Assembly: GCA_040386535.1 (NCBI GenBank)
Contig: JAZKFH010000039.1
Location: 64,001 to 128,000 of the forward strand
Direction: 5' to 3'
DNA: 64,000 nt
From: Myxococcota bacterium
Lineage (GTDB): Bacteria; Myxococcota_A; UBA796; SXON01
The notes under the pieces are model-generated. The model made no database searches, was not told the origin of the DNA, and saw only the letters and a program-made list of their open reading frames with translations. A program made the position numbers and the translations under genes. The number at the start of each line of letters is the position of its first letter. Position 1 is the first letter of the stretch. This document shows, one piece after another, positions 51,381 to 58,870 of this stretch.

Positions 51381-54300
51381 CTACGCGATCAACCCCTGCA
51401 GCTCCGCCAACCACGCACCCTCCGCCCCCCCGGGGAGCGGCTTCCCGTCGAGCAGATCGCGGAGGACGCCGTCGGAGACGGAGCCGAGCGCGGCGCGGAT
51501 GCCGGCGCCCGGCGCGATCGGCGTCGTGACCGGCGCGATCGTCGCGGGCACGCCGAGCGTGTTGATCGCGTCGGCGACGACGCGGCGGCGATCGGCGTAG
51601 GGGATGGCCGCCAGGGCCTCGGGGAGGATGGGCGCGCCGATGTGGTGCACCTGGGGGGCCGCGGGCACGTCGTGGCGGCTCACCCCGTCCACGCCGCCGC
51701 GGAAGGCGACGGGGACGATGGGGAGCCCGCGCTCGAGCGCGATGTCGACCCACAAGGAGCTGATCTTGTCGACGGGCTGGCCCGGGGTGATCTGGCGGGT
51801 ACCCTCGACGTGCACGAGCAGGCTGCGGTCGGTGGCGCCGCGGGCGAGCGCGGGGAGCGAGGCCGGATCCTTCTGGTCGAACCAGACGATGAACGGATCC
51901 TGCTCCTGCCCCGGGTACGTCGTGAGCAGGCGCTCCAGGGCGCCGAGCCAACGGTCGCGGTGCTCCACTTTGGCGAGCGCCCGTGTGGGCGTGCCGAAGA
52001 GCGCCGGCGCCACGCACGTGAAGATGACGCTCTCGAGGTAGTTCTCGTGGTTGCCGAGGAACAACACGGGGCGGCCGCGCACGGACTCCATCGCGACCGG
52101 ATCGTGCACGACCAGGTCCGCGAGGTAGCGACGGGCCAGCGCGGCGACGAGCTCCTCGCCGGGCCATGCGCCCGCGTCGCCGAGGCCACGACCGAGGTGG
52201 GCGCGCCACCAGCCGGTCACCTGGGACATGTCGGGGAACGCCACCGGGCCCGCCTGCGCGCCGCCCGAGCCCGTGGGGTCCGCGCCGGCGACGGGCGCCC
52301 AGGACACCGTCGTGAGCGGGCGATGCGGGGAGAACGCGCGGGTGCCGACCACGGCTACGTCGCGGGGGTGCAGACCGAGCTGGGCGGCGGCGATCTCTTT
52401 CACCGCGATCACGGGCGCGTCGGTCGTGCCGAACACGCGCGCGATCGTGCCGGGGAGCCAGTCGGAGCCCTTCACGTCGCGCGCCGTGAGCCGCGCCGTG
52501 TCGCCGGTGATGTGGGAGAGCGCCACGCCGGTGCCGGCCTTGCCGAGCAGGAAGTCACGCCGCGCGGAGGGGGAGGCCTCGCCGATACGGCCCTTGGGGA
52601 GGAGCACCTCCTGGATGACGACGGAGGCGAGGAGGGCCTCGCCCTGCGGGGTCTCCGTGTAGAGGTGCGCGCCGATGCGTGGGCGCCCGCTCACGAGGCC
52701 GAGGAACCGCACCTCGCAGCGCACCGGCCGCCCGGTCCCGTCGGTGCGGGGCGGGGCCCCGTAGAGCGAGATGGACTCGATACGCGAGGGGTAGCCGACC
52801 TGCCCGGGCGCGATCTCGGGGCACCAGGTCTCCAGGCGATCGTGGGGCACGCCGTGGGTGATGCCGTCGAGCAGCACGTCGGGCGCCGCAGGCCGCAACA
52901 TCAGGGTGGCGCCGTTGCTGCCGCGGGCGACCATACGCTCGACCACGTGGAAGCTCGGCCCGTGGAACAGCTCGCCGCTCGCGTACAGCTCCGCGCCCAT
53001 CGGGCCCGGCACGGCATCGCGGAGCGGCGGGAGCTCCACCGGCGCCACGGGCGCGCACGCCGTCGCGACGAAGAAGGGCTCGGGCGCGCCGAGCACGACC
53101 TTGTCACCGACCACGGTGGCGGTCACGTCGCGCGGGCCCTCGGGGAACGAGAGCCACCGCGTGACCGACGCGTCCTTGAGCGCCGGCGCGCCCGTGGCCT
53201 GCAACGCGAGCATCACCATCGTCATCGCGGGCAGGGCCGGGAGGACGTAGGTGGGGCAGTGGTCGATGGGGACGGGGACGGTGACCGTGGTCGTGGCTTG
53301 GGGGGCGTTGCGGGGGGCGGAGCCCCCTGCCCCAGGAGAACCAACACCCGACGACGCACCCGGAGTGGGAGTCGCGCCGCCGGGACCATCAAAAGGGAAG
53401 GTCGGACCGCCCGCGCCCTCCACCACTCGCATGCCGAGGCCCCACGCCGAGTAGATCCGCTTGCCGTCGACCCACAAGTGGGCGTCGCACGTCACCGTGT
53501 CGCCCTCGACCTTGGTGATCTCGACCTCGGTCTGGATGAGCTTGTTCCGCGGCACGACCTGCCCGCGGTACTTCCACTTCAGCTCGCTGCCGATGGCGAT
53601 GGGCTCGAAGCGCGGCTCCTGGAACTTCTTGCCGAAGCCCTCGTGGATCATGACGAACTGGAGGAGCTGGATCATCGCCTCGATGCCGAGGCTGCCGGGC
53701 TGGACCGGATCCATGTAGAAGTGGGCCTTGAAGAACCACTCCTTCGGGTCGACGTCCTTGTCGGCGCGCCACTTGCCGAGGCCCGCCTTGCCCGCCGTGG
53801 GCCAGTGCCCCGTGACGCGGTCGATCATGCACAACATGTCGCCCGGCATGCGGAGCTTGCCGTCGAAGTAGCGGGCGGGGTGCGTCGCGAGGTCGACCTG
53901 GAACTCGCTGGGGGAGGCGAGCCAGGCGCGGTCGTCCTCCTCGGAGCCGACGCCCACCTGGTTCTCGAAGGCGGCCGGCGGGAAGAAGCCGAACACGGTC
54001 TTCATCTCGTAGAGCGGCTGCTGGACCCCCGATGCGTCGGCCATGAACATGGTGACGTCGAAGCCCTCGATGATCATGCCCGCCGAGCGGTTCACCGAGT
54101 TGATCTTCACTCGCGTCGTGAGCGTACCGCTGTTCGGCAGGATCTCCGCGAGCAGCTTGCCGGTGCCGTCGAGGTTGCGGAACAACAGGTCCGTGTCGCT
54201 GGTCGTGGCCGAGCCGACGTAGCTGGCGAGCCAGCCGCAGGGCTGCAACGCCGCTTCGAGCAGCACCGCGAAGGGCATCGTGGGGGTGCCGTTCTCGCGG

Positions 54301-57300
54301 AAGTACCAGTCGCGCGGCGGCACGTCGTACTCGATCTCGATGATCGTGCCGGCCTTGGTGGAGCCGATGGCGCCGTCCGTGCGGGTGACACGGGACATGA
54401 AGTGGTACGGCGGCCCGGGGAGGCGGGCGACCGCGCGCGTGCCGTCGAACACCTTGTACATGGGTCCGAACGCGTGCGAGGGCTGGCCCCAGGCGCACGC
54501 CAGGAGCGAGGCGTAGTCCCACACGGCGGGCTTGGGCTCGACGTAGTCGGACAGGAGCTTCGGCATGCGCGTGAGCGGCCAGTCCGGCACCATGACCAGC
54601 GTGAGCGGGTCGGCGTGGAAACACTTCAGCGCGTCGACCGTGCACATCACCTGGGCCTTGACGTACGGGACCGGGTCGAGCCCGACCTCCTGCACGAAGA
54701 TCTCGTAGGTGAGCAGCTTGCTCGTGGGGATGACCTGCCCGCGGCAACGCAAGTGGAAGGTCTCGCCCTGCTTGGGCTCGAACCGCCATCCGTCGCGCTT
54801 GAGCGTGTGCCCGAGGCCGGTCATGTAGACCTGGAGCGCCTGGAGGCAGCCCTCGAACATGAGCGTGCCGGGCATGCACGGGTCGTTGTGGAAGTGCCCG
54901 TCGAAGAACCAATTGTTCCCCGTGATGTCGCACTCGGCGGCGAGGTAGCCGCGCTTCCACGGGCCGCCTGCGGGGTCGAACTTCGTCACGCGGTCGAAGA
55001 ACAACATGCGGCCGCCCGCGATCTTGGGCGTCCACGTGTGGGTGTGGGCGCGCTCGAAGCCGGGGCCGAACGCGTCGGCGACACGACCCTCGGTGAAGGC
55101 GAGGAGGTCCTCCTTGGAGAAGGAGGACTTCGTGCACGCGACAGCCGGGGGCGCGACGGGGCCCGTCAGGTCGACTTCGGCGGTAGCGGCATCCCAGAGC
55201 ACGCCGCCCGACTTGTCCAGGTCTGCCTGGGAGAAGAAGCCGGCCTGGCCCTCTTTCACGGTGAGGCGCACGTTGTCGCCCACCTTGCAGTCGTAGTGGA
55301 AGAAGAACATCCGGATGTCGCCGAGCTTGGCGTGGCCGTCGACCTGGATCTCGTACTTCAGCGTGTCGCCGACGGTGGGGAGCCCGCCCTCGTAGCGCAG
55401 ATCGCAGCCGAGGAGGCGGTACATCCGCTCGCCGCGGTTGTAGTTGAGATCCACGCCCTGCCAGCTCACGAGGAGGAGATCGGCCTGACCGGCCTCGATC
55501 ATCACGCCGGCGGGGATGTGGCGCTCGTGGAGGTACCAGCTCTCCTCGGTGATGTCGGTCTCGGTCCAGATCGTGCCCTTGCCGAGCACGGCGGGCGGCC
55601 CGTCGATGCCGGTGACGCGGTCACACAGGAGCAATGGCGGCTCGGGCATCCGCACGACGCGCGCGTAGGCGTCCTGGGGCGCGAACGTCGGGCCGAAGTG
55701 GCGCGAGATCGGGCCGCGGGACATGGCCTCGAGGTCCTGGCGGGAGAGTTTGGGGCCGGGGCGAGCGGAGGTGGCGGGCGTGGCGGCACGCGGGACGACG
55801 GTTGCGACGGGCGCTGCGATGGGTGCGGCGACGGGCGCGGGCACGGGCGAGGACGGAGCGGGCGCCGGGCGCGCAATGGGGGCGGCCTGGGGGAGCGCGG
55901 CTTGCGGGGCGTGCGGAAGCGGCATCGGCGCAGGCGGAGCGCCACCGAACGCCGCGCCGAGCATCATCTGCGTCGTGGCGGCGCGGGAGGCGGCGAAGCG
56001 CGCCTGGACGGCGGCCTGCTGCTCGAGGAAGGCGCGGTGCACCTGCGTCACGCGGGCCTGCTGGGCGAGCAGCGCCGTGAGCGTCGGGTCCCCGCCTTGA
56101 GCGGCGAACGAGGGCGCGGGCTGCGACGGGATCGGGGCGACCGGCGCCGGCGGAGCGACCAGGAGCGGGGCGGGCGCCGGGGCCGCGATGGTCGCGACCG
56201 TCGTGACCGGGGGAGCGGACGTCACCGGGGCGACGGGCGCCGGCGCCTTGGTGGGAGCGGGCGCCGGGGCGGCGGCCTTGGCGGGAGCCGCCACGGGCGG
56301 TGCGACGGGGGCCTCGAACGCGCCGAGGATCGGGGCGAGCGTGGGGGCGGTCGGCATCTTGAGCACGGCGCGCGCCTCTTTGGGGATGGAGGGGTCGGAG
56401 GGAAGCACGATGGGCTCGGCGTGCGCGGGGAAGGAGAGGAGGTGCCCGGCGAGCGGCGCCGGGGCGTCATCGAGCGGGATCGGGGCGCCGGTCGCGGAGA
56501 GGGTGACCCGCGCGGTGGCGCCGCCAAGGCTGCGGACGGCGACGGTGGCGCGACGAAGCCCGCCCTCGGGCGACCACTCGCGGGGCGCGCCGCCAACTCC
56601 CGGGAGGAGGCCGTGGCCGCACGCGAGCACGGCGGCGGCAATGTCGACGAGGCCCGCGGCGGCGTGGGCGCGGCCGAGGGCCTTGGGCGCTACGATCGGC
56701 TCACCGCCCCGCTCGTTGCTGGCGTCGGAGAGGGCGGGGGAGGCGGCCCCGGTGGTCTCGACGCTCTCGAGGACGGCCCACACCTGGTGGCCGGCGGCCA
56801 GGGCATCGTCGAGGCGCACCAGCACGAGCGCCACCGCGGCGTCGCCGGGGACGGTGCCGGGCGCGAGGGCCTCGATCGCGGCGGCGTGGCGCGGATCACA
56901 GGCGAGGTCGACCGCGCCGACCAGGGCCACTTGCAGGCTGCCGCTGGCGAGCGCGTCCATCGCGGCGCCGAGGGCGTGCACGCCGGAGAGCTCCTCGGCG
57001 GAGAGGGTGAAGCCGGGGCCGCCCGCGTCGAGCTGGACGTTGAGGCGGTTCGCCGGGATGTTCGGCATCGTGCCGACCACGTTCTCGGCGCGGAGGGCGG
57101 GGATGACGGCGTCTCGGAGGGACTCGAGCACCGCGCCGGTCGCGCCGGTGCGCGCGCCGATGCGCCACCGCAGGCCGTAGCCGGACACGGCCACGTCGGC
57201 GCCCATGCCGACGTAGATGCCGGTGCTCTCGCGGGGGAGGGGCACCTCGGCCTCGGCGACGGCGTCGAGCGCGACGCGGAGGAGCAGCGTCTGCTGGGGG

Positions 57301-58868
57301 AGGGAGAGGCCGAGATCCTTTGGCGGGAAGCGGAGCCCAGCGAGGCCGAGCTTGACGCTGTCCCGACGGGGGGTGCCGGTGCCGGCGTACAGATCCCGCG
57401 CGAAGGCGGCGCGGTCGTCCCCGGCGCCCGCGGCCACGGCGATGCCGACGATGCCGATCTTCGGCGGGGGGCCGCGGAGGGCGGCGTCGACCGGCGTGAC
57501 ATCCGGCGCGGCGTCCGACTTGCGGCGGCTCCGCTTGCGCGCGGTCGCGACGGTGACCGGGGCCCCGGGCACGTGCTCCTCGACGATGAGGTGGGCGTTG
57601 TTGCCGCCGAACCCGAAGGCGCTCACGGCGGCGCGGCGCACCGGCGCGTCCCACGGCTCGGGCTTCGAGAGGAGCCGGAAGTTGGCCCACTCGACCATGG
57701 CCGGGATGGGCTCGTCGGCATGCAATGTTGGCGGCATGGTCTGCCGGGCGAAGCCGGCCAGCACCTTCTGGAGCCCCGCCACGCCCGCGGCGGTGATGAG
57801 GTGGCCGACCATCGACTTGAGCGAGCCGATCGGCAGCGGCTGGCGGCCGAACACCTCGGAGAGCGTGGCGATCTCGGTGCGATCGCCGGTGGGCGTGCCG
57901 GTGGCGTGGCACTCCATCAGCTGGATGTCGGCCGGGGTCACGCCCGAGGTCGTGTACGCGGCCCGGAGCGCGCGCACCTGGCCCTCTTCGGAGGGGGCGA
58001 GGAGGTTGCGGGCACGGGCGTCGTTGGAGAGGCCCACGCCGCGGATCACGCCGAGGATCTTGTCGCCGTCACGCACGGCGTCGGCGAGGCGCTTGAGCAC
58101 CACGAGTGCGGCGCCTTCGGCGGGCACGAGGCCGTCCGCCTCGCGATGGAACGGGCGGCTCATCCCGAGGTGGCTCATCGCGCCGAGCGCGCAGAAGCCG
58201 ATGTGCAGGAACAGGCTGTCCGCGCGCTGCACGGCGCCCGCGAGCATGATGTCCGCGCGGCCGGCGGTGAGCGCGTCACACGCGAGGCGGATCGCGTAGA
58301 GCGACGAGGCGCACGCGGCGTCGATCGCGAAGCAGGGGGCGCCGAGGCCGAGGGCGCGGGAGAGGAGGTCGGCCGGGAGGCCGGACATGAAGCGGTCGCG
58401 CGGGTCGGCGGGGGGCGCGCGGCGGCGGTTCTCCTGGAGGACCACCCGCTCGCCCCACCGGGCCATGCCCTCGGACGGGAACGAGAGGTTGCCGAACACC
58501 GCGCCGCAGCGGGCGAGCCGGGCCCGGCTGGTGGCGGTGCCGACGTCGATGCCGGCGTCCCGCAGGGCGCCGCGGCCCACGTGGGCGAGCCAGTGTACGA
58601 GCGGATCGAGGCCGGCGAGCTCGGCGGCGGGCAGATCGAAGCCCGTCGGGTCCCACACCGCGTCGAAGCCGGTGACGTAGCCACCCGCGGAGGACCAGGC
58701 GCGGTCGCGCCCCTCGCCCATCACGTCCGCGTGCGGCAGGCCCCAGCGGCCCACGGGGGCGTCGGTGACCAGATCCCGGCCGGCGAACACGTTGTCCGCG
58801 AACGTGGAGACGTCGAGCGCGCCGGGCAGGACGCACGCCTGCCCGACGATGGCGATGGGAGCGGACAT
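51381..58868 (-). CDS. pfa3: PUFA synthase Pfa3/PfaC-type: KS-CLF-FabA-like DH domains-PKS-DH-like-acyltransferase (AGPAT-like), 2495 aa
   Basis: DAACASS, ECHATGT, GHLITAAG (KS); degenerate CLF; WFFDGHFHNDPCMPGTL and WFFKAHFYMDPVQPGSL (FabA DH); DHCPTYVLPALP; NHENYLE / AKVEH / HVEGTR (PlsC-type). Confidence 0.92.
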   Translation of the reverse strand: MSAPIAIVGQACVLPGALDVSTFADNVFAGRDLVTDAPVGRWGLPHADVMGEGRDRAWSSAGGYVTGFDAVWDPTGFDLPAAELAGLDPLVHWLAHVGRGALRDAGIDVGTATSRARLARCGAVFGNLSFPSEGMARWGERVVLQENRRRAPPADPRDRFMSGLPADLLSRALGLGAPCFAIDAACASSLYAIRLACDALTAGRADIMLAGAVQRADSLFLHIGFCALGAMSHLGMSRPFHREADGLVPAEGAALVVLKRLADAVRDGDKILGVIRGVGLSNDARARNLLAPSEEGQVRALRAAYTTSGVTPADIQLMECHATGTPTGDRTEIATLSEVFGRQPLPIGSLKSMVGHLITAAGVAGLQKVLAGFARQTMPPTLHADEPIPAMVEWANFRLLSKPEPWDAPVRRAAVSAFGFGGNNAHLIVEEHVPGAPVTVATARKRSRRKSDAAPDVTPVDAALRGPPPKIGIVGIAVAAGAGDDRAAFARDLYAGTGTPRRDSVKLGLAGLRFPPKDLGLSLPQQTLLLRVALDAVAEAEVPLPRESTGIYVGMGADVAVSGYGLRWRIGARTGATGAVLESLRDAVIPALRAENVVGTMPNIPANRLNVQLDAGGPGFTLSAEELSGVHALGAAMDALASGSLQVALVGAVDLACDPRHAAAIEALAPGTVPGDAAVALVLVRLDDALAAGHQVWAVLESVETTGAASPALSDASNERGGEPIVAPKALGRAHAAAGLVDIAAAVLACGHGLLPGVGGAPREWSPEGGLRRATVAVRSLGGATARVTLSATGAPIPLDDAPAPLAGHLLSFPAHAEPIVLPSDPSIPKEARAVLKMPTAPTLAPILGAFEAPVAPPVAAPAKAAAPAPAPTKAPAPVAPVTSAPPVTTVATIAAPAPAPLLVAPPAPVAPIPSQPAPSFAAQGGDPTLTALLAQQARVTQVHRAFLEQQAAVQARFAASRAATTQMMLGAAFGGAPPAPMPLPHAPQAALPQAAPIARPAPAPSSPVPAPVAAPIAAPVATVVPRAATPATSARPGPKLSRQDLEAMSRGPISRHFGPTFAPQDAYARVVRMPEPPLLLCDRVTGIDGPPAVLGKGTIWTETDITEESWYLHERHIPAGVMIEAGQADLLLVSWQGVDLNYNRGERMYRLLGCDLRYEGGLPTVGDTLKYEIQVDGHAKLGDIRMFFFHYDCKVGDNVRLTVKEGQAGFFSQADLDKSGGVLWDAATAEVDLTGPVAPPAVACTKSSFSKEDLLAFTEGRVADAFGPGFERAHTHTWTPKIAGGRMLFFDRVTKFDPAGGPWKRGYLAAECDITGNNWFFDGHFHNDPCMPGTLMFEGCLQALQVYMTGLGHTLKRDGWRFEPKQGETFHLRCRGQVIPTSKLLTYEIFVQEVGLDPVPYVKAQVMCTVDALKCFHADPLTLVMVPDWPLTRMPKLLSDYVEPKPAVWDYASLLACAWGQPSHAFGPMYKVFDGTRAVARLPGPPYHFMSRVTRTDGAIGSTKAGTIIEIEYDVPPRDWYFRENGTPTMPFAVLLEAALQPCGWLASYVGSATTSDTDLLFRNLDGTGKLLAEILPNSGTLTTRVKINSVNRSAGMIIEGFDVTMFMADASGVQQPLYEMKTVFGFFPPAAFENQVGVGSEEDDRAWLASPSEFQVDLATHPARYFDGKLRMPGDMLCMIDRVTGHWPTAGKAGLGKWRADKDVDPKEWFFKAHFYMDPVQPGSLGIEAMIQLLQFVMIHEGFGKKFQEPRFEPIAIGSELKWKYRGQVVPRNKLIQTEVEITKVEGDTVTCDAHLWVDGKRIYSAWGLGMRVVEGAGGPTFPFDGPGGATPTPGASSGVGSPGAGGSAPRNAPQATTTVTVPVPIDHCPTYVLPALPAMTMVMLALQATGAPALKDASVTRWLSFPEGPRDVTATVVGDKVVLGAPEPFFVATACAPVAPVELPPLRDAVPGPMGAELYASGELFHGPSFHVVERMVARGSNGATLMLRPAAPDVLLDGITHGVPHDRLETWCPEIAPGQVGYPSRIESISLYGAPPRTDGTGRPVRCEVRFLGLVSGRPRIGAHLYTETPQGEALLASVVIQEVLLPKGRIGEASPSARRDFLLGKAGTGVALSHITGDTARLTARDVKGSDWLPGTIARVFGTTDAPVIAVKEIAAAQLGLHPRDVAVVGTRAFSPHRPLTTVSWAPVAGADPTGSGGAQAGPVAFPDMSQVTGWWRAHLGRGLGDAGAWPGEELVAALARRYLADLVVHDPVAMESVRGRPVLFLGNHENYLESVIFTCVAPALFGTPTRALAKVEHRDRWLGALERLLTTYPGQEQDPFIVWFDQKDPASLPALARGATDRSLLVHVEGTRQITPGQPVDKISSLWVDIALERGLPIVPVAFRGGVDGVSRHDVPAAPQVHHIGAPILPEALAAIPYADRRRVVADAINTLGVPATIAPVTTPIAPGAGIRAALGSVSDGVLRDLLDGKPLPGGAEGAWLAELQGLIA
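53302..53337. repeat. REP-like palindromic element, copy 2 (inside the pfa3 linker)
   Basis: GGGGCGTTGCGGGGGGCGGAGCCCCCTGCCCCAGGA is the reverse complement of 46316-46349 plus one extra G:C pair in the stem. Confidence 0.7.
53330..53398 (-). other. Candidate -1 ribosomal frameshift signal in pfa3
   Basis: C_CCT_TTT at 53397-53391, -1-frame TGA at 53391-53389, 6-nt spacer, 11-bp stem and a possible second stem. Confidence 0.7.
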
Positions 58869-58870
58869 TT

